64,000 nucleotides of DNA from assembly GCA_045612765.1 (NCBI GenBank), contig JAZKZS010000013.1:5275-69274 (forward strand), written 5' to 3'. This document shows, piece after piece, positions 29,543-39,167 of the stretch. A program made the translations under genes and the position numbers. Every line of letters starts with the position of its first letter. Within the stretch, counting starts at the first letter, position 1. The notes under the pieces were generated by a model. It saw only the letters and a program-made list of their open reading frames with translations. It did not search any database and was not told the origin of the DNA. Origin of the DNA: Acutalibacteraceae bacterium. Lineage in GTDB: Bacteria > Bacillota > Clostridia > Oscillospirales > Acutalibacteraceae.

Positions 29543-31085
29543 TAACCTGTTCGGCAACACGCATGCCATCAACTGCGGCTGACATAATACCTCCCGCATA
29601 GCCTGCACCCTCGCCACAAGGATAAAGGCCGCCAAGCGAAAGTGAATGATAATTTTCATCCCTTAAAATTCGCACAGGTGACGAGCTTCTTGTTTCGGGT
29701 GCGGTAAGCACTGCCGAAGGGTCGGCAAAGCCTTTAATTTTATTATCAAAAAGGGGCAAAGCTTCTTTTAAGCTGTCGGTTATAAAGGACGGAAAAATTT
29801 TTGTAAAATCAGCAAAAACAACCTTTGGCTTTACGGTTGGCTTAACCTTTGTGATTTCGGCCTTTTTGCCATAAACAAACTGACCGACAGTAGTTATCGG
29901 CACGGCACCGTTTTTAATATTATAGGCAGCTTTTTCAATTTTTTGCTGCAAATAGCAACCTGCCATAATATCATCGCTTTCAAGGTCTTCGGGGTTTACG
30001 CTTACAAGCAGCGCTGAATTTGCATTTTCGCCGTCACGACGGCTATAACTCATACCGTTTACGGCAATGCCACCCTCTTCAGAAGACGAGTTAATAACCT
30101 CGCCACCAGGACACATACAAAAGGTGTAAACACCTCTACCACTTTCTAAATGCACCGCCATTTTATAATCCGCCGCCGATAATGCGGGGTGATTATAAAA
30201 TTCACCGTAAAGGGCACGGTTAATATCCTCTTGCCTGTGTTCAATTCGAACACCCATAGAAAATGGCTTTTGCGCCATACTAACGCCCATATCCTTTAAA
30301 AGTGAAAAAACGTCACGTGCTGAATGCCCTGTTGCCAAAATCACCTTATTACAAGCAATTTCTTTACCGCTTGCCACCACTGAAACAATTTCAAAATTAT
30401 TTGCGTTAATTTTTTCAAGCTTTGTATTAAAGTAAACCTCACCCCCAAGGGCAATAATTTCACGGCGAATATTTTTAACAACCTTGATTAAAACGTCGGT
30501 ACCAATGTGCGGCTTGGCTTCAATTAAAATTTTATCCCCCGCGCCAAAATGTGCAAAGCTTTTAAGCACTTCACGGCAACGGACGTCCTTAATGCCTGTA
30601 TTAAGCTTACCGTCCGAAAAGGTGCCTGCGCCGCCTTCACCAAACTGAACGTTACTCTCGGTTTTAAGAGGTTCACCGCTGAAAAAATCATCTAAATCAG
30701 CCTTTCGGGTGTCGGCGTCCTGTCCACGTTCAAGCACAATTGGTTTAAGCCCTGCACGTGATAAAACAAGCGCCGCAAACATACCCGCAGGGCCAAAGCC
30801 GACAACTACGGGGCGATTATCAACCTCACCCTCAAAAACGGGGTATACATATTCCTTTTCATTATAAACACTTGCATTTTTATTTTTGCGTAAAAGGATT
30901 TGCTCGTTATTTGCTTCCACAAGTACCGAACAACAAAAATGCACATCGTTCTTTTTTCTTGCATCGACCGACCTTTTATAAAGCCTTGCCGATTTTAATG
31001 GTGTTTTTAAATACCCTTCCATAACCGATTTTATATTTTTAAAATCAGTTTCAAGTGGTAAATTTACGTTATTTATTAAAAGCAT
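29529..31085 (-). CDS. FAD-dependent dehydrogenase (uncharacterised, COG2509-like)
   Basis: 518 aa with dinucleotide-binding VVVGFGPAGMFAAL and C-terminal LYPCGEGAGYAGGI. Confidence 0.8.
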   Translation of the reverse strand: MLLINNVNLPLETDFKNIKSVMEGYLKTPLKSARLYKRSVDARKKNDVHFCCSVLVEANNEQILLRKNKNASVYNEKEYVYPVFEGEVDNRPVVVGFGPAGMFAALVLSRAGLKPIVLERGQDADTRKADLDDFFSGEPLKTESNVQFGEGGAGTFSDGKLNTGIKDVRCREVLKSFAHFGAGDKILIEAKPHIGTDVLIKVVKNIRREIIALGGEVYFNTKLEKINANNFEIVSVVASGKEIACNKVILATGHSARDVFSLLKDMGVSMAQKPFSMGVRIEHRQEDINRALYGEFYNHPALSAADYKMAVHLESGRGVYTFCMCPGGEVINSSSEEGGIAVNGMSYSRRDGENANSALLVSVNPEDLESDDIMAGCYLQQKIEKAAYNIKNGAVPITTVGQFVYGKKAEITKVKPTVKPKVVFADFTKIFPSFITDSLKEALPLFDNKIKGFADPSAVLTAPETRSSSPVRILRDENYHSLSLGGLYPCGEGAGYAGGIMSAAVDGMRVAEQVIKDL

Positions 31086-32311
31086 TATTTATTCCTTAAA
31101 ATATTATCACAAGCGCAGAAAGAACTGCTCCACGCCCATTGTAAATTAAAGCCGCCGCAATCGCCGTCAATATCCAAAATTTCACCAACCGCATAAAAGC
31201 GGTCATATTTTTTGCTCATCATTGTTTTGTCTTCAAATTCGTCGGTTGAAATACCACCCGCAGTAACCTGTGAATTAACAAAGCCCGTGGTATCAAGCAC
31301 CTTAAAATCAAAGGATTTAATCATTCTAGCAATGCGGTCAATTATATTGGTGTTTAGCACCTCTGCCTTATCAGAAAGCTTTAAGCCGCATTGTTTTAAA
31401 ATAACCTGACCAATACGTTTTTGAAGCATACCTGTAAAGAATTCTTCAAGGGGTCTTGACTTTAAATTTTCTACCCTGTTCTTAATTTGCACCTTTAAAT
31501 CTTCAAGTGAAATTTCAGGCATAATATCAAGGGACAAGGTCATAGAATTTTTAGTACGGGGTACCTCACGTGAGATTTGCATAACGGGTGGGCCCGAAAG
31601 ACCATAATCGCAAAACAGCACCTCGCCAAAGTCTTGCCTTATAATTTTATCATTCACTTTTAAGGTAACGTTTGCGTCGACCTTAATACCTTTAAGCTGT
31701 TTTGTAATATCATTTTCGGTTTTAAGCTGAACAATTGCAGGTGTGGTATTAACCGTTTTAAAGCCTGATTTTTTAAGCAGCTCGAACATACTGCCGTCGC
31801 TACCGCATTTATAACCGCCCGAATAAAGCCCTGTCGCAACAATTACCGTATCACAAACAAAGCTTAATTTATCGGCCCAAACGCGATATTGGTTTTTCAG
31901 AATTTGTATATTTGTAACCTTAGTGTCGGTATGTATAATAACACCACTTTCTTCAGCGGCAAAGCGTAAACAATCCACCACCGAGCCTGCCTGAAGTGAT
32001 GCAGGATAAGCCTTGTCACCTTCGAATACAAAGGGGACGCCGATGCTTTCAAAAAAGTCGGCAGTAAAGCTTATGTCATACTTATTAAGGGCGTATTCAG
32101 CAAAAGAAACCTTATTGCCGTGATAACGGTTAAGATTAATATTTTTATTTGTAATATTACACCTGCCGTTACCCGTAACCGCAAGCTTTTTACCAACACG
32201 TGGTAAAGCTTCCAAAATGCGAATATTAAGCTTGGGATTCTGTTTTTTAAGATAAACGGCAGAAAGCAGTCCGCCTGCCCCGCCACCTATTATAATAATA
32301 TCGGTAGTCAT
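31085..32311 (-). CDS. NAD(P)/FAD-dependent oxidoreductase, HI0933/BaiN-like flavoprotein
   Basis: Has IIIIGGGAGGL, TGNGRCNITN and GGFNLQWAWSS, typical of the HI0933 family. Confidence 0.85.
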   Translation of the reverse strand: MTTDIIIIGGGAGGLLSAVYLKKQNPKLNIRILEALPRVGKKLAVTGNGRCNITNKNINLNRYHGNKVSFAEYALNKYDISFTADFFESIGVPFVFEGDKAYPASLQAGSVVDCLRFAAEESGVIIHTDTKVTNIQILKNQYRVWADKLSFVCDTVIVATGLYSGGYKCGSDGSMFELLKKSGFKTVNTTPAIVQLKTENDITKQLKGIKVDANVTLKVNDKIIRQDFGEVLFCDYGLSGPPVMQISREVPRTKNSMTLSLDIMPEISLEDLKVQIKNRVENLKSRPLEEFFTGMLQKRIGQVILKQCGLKLSDKAEVLNTNIIDRIARMIKSFDFKVLDTTGFVNSQVTAGGISTDEFEDKTMMSKKYDRFYAVGEILDIDGDCGGFNLQWAWSSSFCACDNILRNK

Positions 32312-32340
32312 AAAACTTCACCTTTTTATTTTAAAGTTTA

Positions 32341-33096
32341 TTACACTGATTTTTCAATTTGCTTTTTAATAAAGACAGAACGAACAGCATGTAAATACGG
32401 TAAAAAAATAAAATTCACACCATAATTTGCCGATGCTAGACACATTCTCAACAAATCATTCATACCGGGCAATTTTATAATTATAATACCCAACGCAAAA
32501 GCTATCACTAACCATAAAATAAGAGAAATACTTAAAAACACAGTTAGCCAAAACTTTTTGTGCATAAGATTATACGAAAATTCAATAGCTTCTTTAGCGG
32601 TACCTTCATTAAGTGCAAAATGATAGAAGGCAGCGAAAAGTTTGTATTCAAAATATATTTCAAAAATATTTATCAAAGCCGAAAAAAACAAAATCATTAA
32701 ACCATAGTTGGCATATAACTCACTTTCAGCCAAACCGTCAAGAAATAAACTAATAAAGCCAAAAATTATTAACGGTAAATATATCAAAATAACCTTTATA
32801 AGTTTTGAAAAAGAAAATTCAAACTTTATAGGTATATTATTTAATGCCATCGCAGGCACTTTAAAAAGCAAATATTTTGCCAAAGGCAAAACAACACAAT
32901 AAGCCAAAACAAAAAACAATATCCAAAGCCAAAACTGTGGTGTTGCCCAATTTTTTAAACCGTCATTATAAAAAATGAAATAACAGCAAGCACTGATAAT
33001 GCAGTTTGTCAAGATATGTAAAATTGTAGGAAATATAAAATATTTATAATTTTTAAAAAGAATTTTTCTTGCTTCTTTTTTAATTTCTCTAAACAT
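32341..33096 (-). CDS. polytopic membrane protein, possibly DUF975-like
   Basis: 251 aa starting MFREIKKEARKILFKNYK, with several TM helices. The family assignment is from memory only. Confidence 0.5.
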   Translation of the reverse strand: MFREIKKEARKILFKNYKYFIFPTILHILTNCIISACCYFIFYNDGLKNWATPQFWLWILFFVLAYCVVLPLAKYLLFKVPAMALNNIPIKFEFSFSKLIKVILIYLPLIIFGFISLFLDGLAESELYANYGLMILFFSALINIFEIYFEYKLFAAFYHFALNEGTAKEAIEFSYNLMHKKFWLTVFLSISLILWLVIAFALGIIIIKLPGMNDLLRMCLASANYGVNFIFLPYLHAVRSVFIKKQIEKSV

Positions 33097-33126
33097 TTAA
33101 CATCACTTCCTTTATAACATATCAAC

Positions 33127-33155
33127 ATTTTAACATAAATTTAAAAATATTGCAA
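33127..33155 (-). promoter_or_regulatory. sigma-A type promoter for the 32341..33096 gene
   Basis: Minus strand reads TTGCAA, a 17-nt spacer ending in TGT, then TAAAAT. Confidence 0.5.
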
Positions 33156-33169
33156 TTATATAAATTGGA

Positions 33170-33381
33170 AGTTTATCGCTCGGTTGAATGGATATATCAT
33201 TGGCTCCCTCTGACGAGGGAGCTGGCACGAGGAACTCGTGACTGAGGGAGAGAAAGTGCTTATTTACAGTGTTTTCGGTCTCTCCCTCCGTCTTTTTGCT
33301 TTGCAAAAATCCACCTCCTTCATCAGATGGAGGCAAGGGTCTGTACAATAATTCCGAATTCCGCATTACGCATTCCGAATT
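33170..33381 (+). repeat. hairpin-dense non-coding element C (ORF-less relative of the DUF559 cassette?)
   Basis: The element contains five hairpins. They are GCTCCCTC-TGAC-GAGGGAGC (33203-33222), CACGAG-GAA-CTCGTG (33226-33240) and a 10-bp stem GAGGGAGAGA/TCTCTCCCTC around a 25-nt loop (33244-33288). The last two are TTTTTGC-TTT-GCAAAAA (33293-33309) and CCTCC..GGAGG (33314-33333). An ATTCCGAATT direct repeat follows at 33351-33360 and 33372-33381. The element lies between an upstream terminator and a downstream promoter. Confidence 0.7.
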
Positions 33382-33421
33382 GGGCATCATCCCCACAAAC
33401 TATAATTTTAAAATTAAATTA

Positions 33422-33458
33422 CAAAAAGAAAACCCGACCTTGCGGTCGGGTAAAAAAT
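33422..33458 (-). terminator. terminator after the 33464..34045 gene
   Basis: 8-bp stem ACCCGACC/GGTCGGGT with loop TTGC. On the minus strand it is followed by TTTTCTTTTT. Confidence 0.75.
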
Positions 33459-33463
33459 TCATA

Positions 33464-34045
33464 TTAAAGCGCCATTGCAAATTCAAGCGGATATGCCAAA
33501 TCGCTGAAAAGAATATTAAATCCAAACTGCGATTCTTCATTTGGTAAGAAAATTGTTGTACTTACAGCCTCTACCTTTTCGCCAAAATGATAATCAATAA
33601 TAACATTGGTAATTACAAGATAGCTGCCGTCTTCATTTTCAACAACCGAAGCAATTTCATGCTCGTAAAGGTCATATCCACGGGGGATTACATAAAAATA
33701 GCCGTCCTTTTTAGGTGCTTCGGGGTTAAACTGTGAAAAGTCGTCATAAATTCGGCCGTACATATTAAAGATATAATCCTTAATATACGCTTCCTCAATA
33801 TAACCTTCATTTGCAAGGTCTAAAAGTGCAAGCGCAGAATCGTTAACAAATGCTTGGTCGTTATAAAATGCTTCACTATAAACAAAGTTGTGGTTAAGCA
33901 TATTTAAGAAACGTGCCTCCAACACCTTTGCGCTATCAAAGGCTGGAGTATCTTGTTGTATCTCAACCGATTTAACGGGGGCAAAACTGCAAAAGGTTAA
34001 TAAAACAATACTGCAAACTAAAACCACTGTGATAAGTTTTTTCAT
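33464..34045 (-). CDS. hypothetical secreted protein
   Basis: ORF 33464..34132. The ATG at 34045 (MKKLITVVLVCSIVLLTFCSFAP, a signal peptide) lies 7 nt after GGAGG. Confidence 0.55.
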   Translation of the reverse strand: MKKLITVVLVCSIVLLTFCSFAPVKSVEIQQDTPAFDSAKVLEARFLNMLNHNFVYSEAFYNDQAFVNDSALALLDLANEGYIEEAYIKDYIFNMYGRIYDDFSQFNPEAPKKDGYFYVIPRGYDLYEHEIASVVENEDGSYLVITNVIIDYHFGEKVEAVSTTIFLPNEESQFGFNILFSDLAYPLEFAMAL

Positions 34046-34295
34046 GATTTTGCCTCCTTCAAATTTGATATTATAATTATATACGATTTCTTTTAAAATT
34101 ACCAAAAACAATTCAGTTACAAATAGTATCATTTTTGTAACCTAATTGGTTAATTTTTACTTTTCAAAATTACAAATTGTAACTAAAATTTATGCCTTTT
34201 ATTAATTTGTATGAAAATTGACTTATTGTTTACTGCAATATGCCCAAATTTATTAAAATTAAATAAATTCTTTTAACACTTTTTAAAAAAATTGG

Positions 34296-34324
34296 TTGTA
34301 ATTGCTAAAAAGATATGTTATAAT
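34296..34324 (+). promoter_or_regulatory. sigma-A type promoter for the EF-G paralog
   Basis: TTGTAA, a 17-nt spacer ending in TGT, then TATAAT. Confidence 0.5.
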
Positions 34325-34362
34325 TCGATTATTAACATAAACCCCAAAAGGAGTGCATCAAA

Positions 34363-36396
34363 TTGAAACAGTATTCTGAAACCCAAATTCGCAACATTGC
34401 CTTGCTCGGTCACGGCGGTTCGGGTAAAACCACCCTTGCCGACGCTATCCTTTTCTACGGAAAAGCAACCGAACGTATAGGTAAGATTAGCGACAGTACT
34501 ACCGTTATGGACTTTGATGCGGAAGAAAAGAAGCGCAAAACATCGGTTTCTACCGCAGTTTACGCTTTAGAAATTAATGATAATAAGCTAAACCTTATTG
34601 ACGCCCCCGGTCTTTTCGACTTTGCGGCAGGCGTTAGCGAAGCTTTAGCCGCTGCTGACAGCGCAATTATCGCAATTTCAGGTAAATCGGGGCTTACAGT
34701 TGGCGCAAAGCAGTGCTTCGAAAAAGCACGTGCCCTTAAAAAGAGCGTAGGCTTCTTTGTTGGTAAGCTTGATTCTACCCACGCCCACTTCTACCGTGTA
34801 TTGTCCGCATTAGCAGGCCAGTACGGCGCAATTATTTGTCCTGTTGTTGTTCCCTATATCGAAGGTGAAGAGGTTAAATCATACATAAACCTTATTGAAA
34901 ATAAAGCTTACGGCTGTAACGGTCTTGAAATTAAAGAAATGCGTATGCCTGTCAGCGAAGAAATTGACAATATGCGTAGCATGCTTTTAGAAGCAGTTGC
35001 AACAACCGACGAAGCTTTAATGGAAAAATATTTCGGCGGTGAAGAATTCACCACTGAAGAAATTATTAACGGTCTTGCTATTGGTGTTAAATCAGGCGAT
35101 ATTTGCCCCGTTTACAGCGGTGTACAGCAAAGCGGTAATGCTATTCCCTTAATGGTTGACAATATTTTAAAGATTATGCCTTCAGTTGCTGACTGCGCAT
35201 ATACCAACGCTGATGATGCTGCTGTTGCATTTGACAAAAACGGTGAAGCTGCAATTACAGTTTTTAAAACAATTGCTGACCCGTTTGTTGGTAAGCTTTC
35301 ATACTTTAAGGTAATTTCAGGCTCTATTAAGGGCGATACACGCCTTATTAACAACCGCACAGGTAATGAAGAACGTCTTTCAAAGGTTATGTGGCTTAAG
35401 GGCGGTAAACAGGAAGATGCCGACGTAATTACTGCCGGTGACATTGGCGCAGTTGCGAAGCTTGGCGACGTTTTAACAGGTGATACCCTTTCAGCTAAAG
35501 GCGCTATTGCCGCTAAAAAGCCTGACTTCCCAAACCCCAACCTTACAGTTGCAGTTTATCCCAAATCTAAGGGTGATGAAGAAAAAATAGCTTCAGCCTT
35601 AGCACGTATCACTGAAGAAGACCCCACCGTTAAGGTATATAACGATAAAGAAACCCACGAGCTTATTCTTTGCGCACTCGGCGAACAACACATCGACGTT
35701 GTTATTTCACGCTTAAAGGCAAAATTCGGTGCTGAGGTTGAGCTTAAAGCACCTAAGATTGCATACCGTGAAACTATCCGCAAGGAAGTTAAGGTGCAAG
35801 GCCGTCACAAGAAGCAGTCAGGCGGTCACGGTCAGTTTGGTGATGTTTGGATTAAGTTTGAACCCTGTGATGAAGAAGAACTTATATTCCAAGAAGAAGT
35901 ATTCGGTGGCGCTGTTCCAAAGAACTTCTTCCCCGCTGTTGAAAAAGGCCTTAAAGAAGCTGCAATTAAGGGTGTGTTAGCAGGCTACCCAATGGTTGGT
36001 ATTAAAGCAACACTTTATGATGGCTCATACCACCCTGTTGACTCTTCTGAAATGGCATTCAAGATGGCTGCCGCTATTGCTTATAAGGATGGTATACCTC
36101 AAGCTTCTCCCGTATTGCTTGAACCTATCGGCACTTTAAAGGTATTAGTTCCCGATGAAATGCTTGGTGACGTTATTGGCGACATTAACAAACGCCGCGG
36201 CCGTATTATCGGTATGAACCCCGCCGAAAACAAATTGCAAGAAATTATTGGTGAAGTACCAATGGCTGAAATGTCTGACTTTGCAACAGCAATGCGTTCT
36301 ATTACTCAAGGTACTGCAACCTTCACACTACAGCCTACAAGATATGAAGAAGTACCCGCAATGATTACCCAAAAAATTATTGACGCCAACAAATAA
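34363..36396 (+). CDS. elongation factor G paralog (EF-G-like translational GTPase)
   Basis: 677 aa with G1 GHGGSGKTT, G3 DAPG and EF-G domains II-V. It lacks the canonical AHIDAGKTT motif of primary FusA. The TTG start lies after AAAGGAG. Confidence 0.85.
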   Translation: MKQYSETQIRNIALLGHGGSGKTTLADAILFYGKATERIGKISDSTTVMDFDAEEKKRKTSVSTAVYALEINDNKLNLIDAPGLFDFAAGVSEALAAADSAIIAISGKSGLTVGAKQCFEKARALKKSVGFFVGKLDSTHAHFYRVLSALAGQYGAIICPVVVPYIEGEEVKSYINLIENKAYGCNGLEIKEMRMPVSEEIDNMRSMLLEAVATTDEALMEKYFGGEEFTTEEIINGLAIGVKSGDICPVYSGVQQSGNAIPLMVDNILKIMPSVADCAYTNADDAAVAFDKNGEAAITVFKTIADPFVGKLSYFKVISGSIKGDTRLINNRTGNEERLSKVMWLKGGKQEDADVITAGDIGAVAKLGDVLTGDTLSAKGAIAAKKPDFPNPNLTVAVYPKSKGDEEKIASALARITEEDPTVKVYNDKETHELILCALGEQHIDVVISRLKAKFGAEVELKAPKIAYRETIRKEVKVQGRHKKQSGGHGQFGDVWIKFEPCDEEELIFQEEVFGGAVPKNFFPAVEKGLKEAAIKGVLAGYPMVGIKATLYDGSYHPVDSSEMAFKMAAAIAYKDGIPQASPVLLEPIGTLKVLVPDEMLGDVIGDINKRRGRIIGMNPAENKLQEIIGEVPMAEMSDFATAMRSITQGTATFTLQPTRYEEVPAMITQKIIDANK

Positions 36397-36404
36397 TTTA
36401 ATAG

Positions 36405-36444
36405 CAAAACCGCCTAGGTGTTAAACCTAGGCGGTTATTTTTTA
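36405..36444. terminator. terminator between convergent EF-G paralog and dCMP deaminase genes
   Basis: 11-bp stem AACCGCCTAGG/CCTAGGCGGTT, then ATTTTTT on the plus strand. Confidence 0.8.
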
Positions 36445-36450
36445 TGCTTA

Positions 36451-36930
36451 TTAAAGGTCAAGAACTATTTTTTTATCGCTCATTGCATAAGGACGGTATA
36501 AAACACCTGCCGCATCAAACATACGCTTTGAAGCCCTAACACTGTCAGTATCGGCGTATTTGTCGTGCATATAAACAACCTCGGCAATGCCTGACTGAAT
36601 AATTGCCTTTGCACATTCGTTACAGGGGAAAAGTGTAACGTAAACAGTGCATCCACGCAAATTACCACGGTCACAGTTTAAAATTGCATTAAATTCAGCA
36701 TGGCATACATATAAATATTTTGAATTAAAAGGGTCTTCTTCTCTGCCCCAAGGGAATTCGTCATCGTTACAGTTACGTGGCATACCGTTATAGCCCATAG
36801 ACATAATACGCTTGTCCTGATTAACAATACAAGCCCCAACCTGAGTTGAAGGGTCCTTACTGCGCATTGCCGCCAAGGTAGCAATACCCATAAAATATTC
36901 GTCCCAAGTTAAATAATCTTCACGTTTCAT
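36451..36930 (-). CDS. comEB: dCMP deaminase (ComEB-type)
   Basis: Zinc motifs CHAEFNAI and PCNECAK. The ATG at 36930 (MKREDYLTWDEYFMG) lies 5 nt after GGTGA and avoids overlap with the upstream gene. Confidence 0.9.
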   Translation of the reverse strand: MKREDYLTWDEYFMGIATLAAMRSKDPSTQVGACIVNQDKRIMSMGYNGMPRNCNDDEFPWGREEDPFNSKYLYVCHAEFNAILNCDRGNLRGCTVYVTLFPCNECAKAIIQSGIAEVVYMHDKYADTDSVRASKRMFDAAGVLYRPYAMSDKKIVLDL

Positions 36931-36958
36931 AATCATCACCAAATATATTTTACTATTA

Positions 36959-38149
36959 CTACTGCTTTTTTGCAACCCTATTTTTTAAAATAGCAATTGA
37001 ACATATAACCATTACAAAGGGGAATACTGCCGCTGCAATAAAGCCAATATTAAGATTTGTATATTCAGCCACAAGACCAACTAGCCCCGGGCCCAAGGCG
37101 CAACCTATATCACCGCACATTGCAAAGGCGCTAAACATTACCGCACCGCCCGTTTTAAAGGTACGTGCTCCCGCCGAATAAATGCCCGGCCACGAAATGC
37201 TGACAGACAAACCGCAAAGCGCACAAAATACAAGCGAAAGTGCCGCAATCTTAGAAATGCCCACCATAACATAGCAAACAAAGCAAAGTAGATTAAGCCA
37301 AATTAAAAGCCTTGTAAATGACACCTTTTTTGAAAACTTAGCATATATCACACGGCCAAGCGCCATAAACAATGCAAAAAGGCAAGGACCGACAATATCG
37401 CCAATAGCCTTTGAAACCCCAAGCGCCTCTTCAACAAAAAGTGAAGCCCACTGCGACATTGCAATTTCACTAGCACCGCCGCAAAACATCATAACCATAT
37501 ATATAATAAAGCTTGGCATTTTTAAAAGCTCAATTAAGGTGGAGTGCTTTACTTCCTTGCCCGGCTCTACAATAGGAACACGCAAGAATACCAACATATT
37601 AACAAACGGTACAACCGCCCACACTAGCGGAATATACGACCAATTTTCATACCCAAAGGCAAACACCATTAAGGTAGTAAACGGCACAACCACAGTTTGC
37701 CCCCAACAATAAAAGGAATGCAGCACCGCCATATTGCCTGATTTATTACCGGTGGGAAGCATTTCTATCATGGGGCTTAATATTACCTCCATAAGCCCAC
37801 TACCCGTTGCATAAACCGCAATAGCAATAAACATAGCGGTATACGGGCTAGGCATAACACGTGGCAAAATTGCCATTAAGCAAAGCCCTAAGCAAGCCGT
37901 AAACTGACATAAAAACGCCGCACTTCGATATCCTATTTTATGTATTATTTTAGGTGTTATAAAATCAATAAACATTTGTACGGCAAAATTAAAAACAATT
38001 AATCTGCCAAGCTTTTCATAACCAAGACCATATATATCCTGAAAAACTATAAAAAGTATAGGCAAAAAGTTATTAACAATAGCCTGCACCACAAAGCCAA
38101 CGTAGCCCGCAAGCTTTGTAGGTAAATATTTTCTACTTTGTTCAGTCAT
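36959..38149 (-). CDS. MFS transporter
   Basis: 396 aa with about 12 TM helices. Confidence 0.75.
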   Translation of the reverse strand: MTEQSRKYLPTKLAGYVGFVVQAIVNNFLPILFIVFQDIYGLGYEKLGRLIVFNFAVQMFIDFITPKIIHKIGYRSAAFLCQFTACLGLCLMAILPRVMPSPYTAMFIAIAVYATGSGLMEVILSPMIEMLPTGNKSGNMAVLHSFYCWGQTVVVPFTTLMVFAFGYENWSYIPLVWAVVPFVNMLVFLRVPIVEPGKEVKHSTLIELLKMPSFIIYMVMMFCGGASEIAMSQWASLFVEEALGVSKAIGDIVGPCLFALFMALGRVIYAKFSKKVSFTRLLIWLNLLCFVCYVMVGISKIAALSLVFCALCGLSVSISWPGIYSAGARTFKTGGAVMFSAFAMCGDIGCALGPGLVGLVAEYTNLNIGFIAAAVFPFVMVICSIAILKNRVAKKQ

Positions 38150-38804
38150 TTAAAAGTTCCTTTACAAAGGGTACAATTTCATTCGGGTGGATAATAAGTG
38201 TTTTAGCGCCGTTTTCAAGCAGTTCTTCCCTTTTTCTAAAGCCCCAAAGCACACCAAGTGGGTAGCAACCGCTGTTGACAGCGTTTTTGCAGTCCATACC
38301 GCTATCCCCCACAAATATACATTCGTGCGGTTTAACACCCATTTCATCAATAATTTTTAAAGTAAGTGTAGGGTCGGGCTTGGTGGGGTAACCTTCACGC
38401 TTGCCGGTTACTGCTGTAAAAATTTCACCAAAATAATTTTTAACTATAATATTAGTCATATCGTCAGCCTTGTTTGAAACCACTGCCAGCTTTAAGCCCA
38501 TATTATTAAGCTCTAAAACAGCGTCCATAACGCCGTCATAAACATAGGTATGAACAAGACAATGCTCACGGTAATAGCCCATAAAACCGTTAAAAACCGA
38601 TTTAAAGGTTTCTTCTGTTAAGGCATCATCGGGTATTGCCCTTTCAATAAGCTTTACCATACCATCACCGACAAGATATTTATAATCATCAAGCGGATAA
38701 AGCTTAAAGCCGTGTTGTTCTAATGAATAATTAGTTGCCACTGCTAAATCCTTAAGTGAATTAACAAGTGTGCCGTCTAAATCAAAAATAACTGCCTTGT
38801 ACAT
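38142..38804 (-). CDS. HAD-family hydrolase (phosphoglycolate phosphatase-like)
   Basis: Has IFDLDGTL, VSNK and GDSGMD motifs. The ATG at 38804 lies after AAAGG. Confidence 0.8.
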   Translation of the reverse strand: MYKAVIFDLDGTLVNSLKDLAVATNYSLEQHGFKLYPLDDYKYLVGDGMVKLIERAIPDDALTEETFKSVFNGFMGYYREHCLVHTYVYDGVMDAVLELNNMGLKLAVVSNKADDMTNIIVKNYFGEIFTAVTGKREGYPTKPDPTLTLKIIDEMGVKPHECIFVGDSGMDCKNAVNSGCYPLGVLWGFRKREELLENGAKTLIIHPNEIVPFVKELLND

Positions 38805-38828
38805 AACTTTCCTTTCTAAAAACGGATA

Positions 38829-38862
38829 CAAAAAACCCCTGAGTAAAAAACCCAGGGTTTGT
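38829..38862 (-). terminator. terminator after rpmB
   Basis: Stem CCCTG/CAGGG extended by A:T pairs. On the minus strand it is followed by TTTTT. Confidence 0.5.
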
Positions 38863-38875
38863 TTGTAAGAAATTA

Positions 38876-39064
38876 TTAGATAGCTCTGGTAACTTTACCC
38901 GAACGTAAGCAGCGGGTGCAAACATTGATACGACGGGGAGAACCGTTAACGATTGCCTTTACCTTCTTAACGTTGGGCTTCCAAGTTCTGTTTGAACGTC
39001 TGTGTGAGTGAGAAACCTTAATACCGAAAGCAATTTCTTTATTGCAGATATCACATTTAGCCAT
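38876..39064 (-). CDS. rpmB: 50S ribosomal protein L28
   Basis: Contains MAKCDICNKEIAFGIKVSHSHRRSNRTWKPNV. Confidence 0.95.
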   Translation of the reverse strand: MAKCDICNKEIAFGIKVSHSHRRSNRTWKPNVKKVKAIVNGSPRRINVCTRCLRSGKVTRAI

Positions 39065-39167
39065 GGTCTGCACCTCCTTTTTTAATAGCCGATAACTATT
39101 ACCGACCGCATAGCAAATAATATATTACCACAAAGTGACAAAAAAATCAAGTATTTTTTTTACTATT

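Noticed and set aside
33203-33333. Hammerhead-ribozyme-like cores: CUGACGA on the plus strand and CUGAUGA on the minus strand
   Set aside because: The sequence following each core does not form the required stem II, GAAA and stem III arrangement. The flanking arms are purine-rich on both sides and cannot pair.
33130-33547. Two overlapping ORFs (88 aa minus strand, 92 aa plus strand) across element C
   Set aside because: They overlap each other on opposite strands, have no SD, and their frames are made of hairpin arms (PPSDEGGG, SSEGA). The region is better explained as a structured non-coding repeat.
35112-35540. 142-aa ORF antisense to the EF-G paralog. The same reasoning covers 11334..11546, 12761..13063, 13135..13491, 16837..17163, 19910..20305, 41116..41517, 42220..42585, 46913..47254, 47285..47713, 48243..48776, 49135..49613, 53631..54272 and similar tracks.
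   Set aside because: All are embedded in the opposite strand or an alternative frame of confidently identified genes. They have low-complexity translations and no translation signals.
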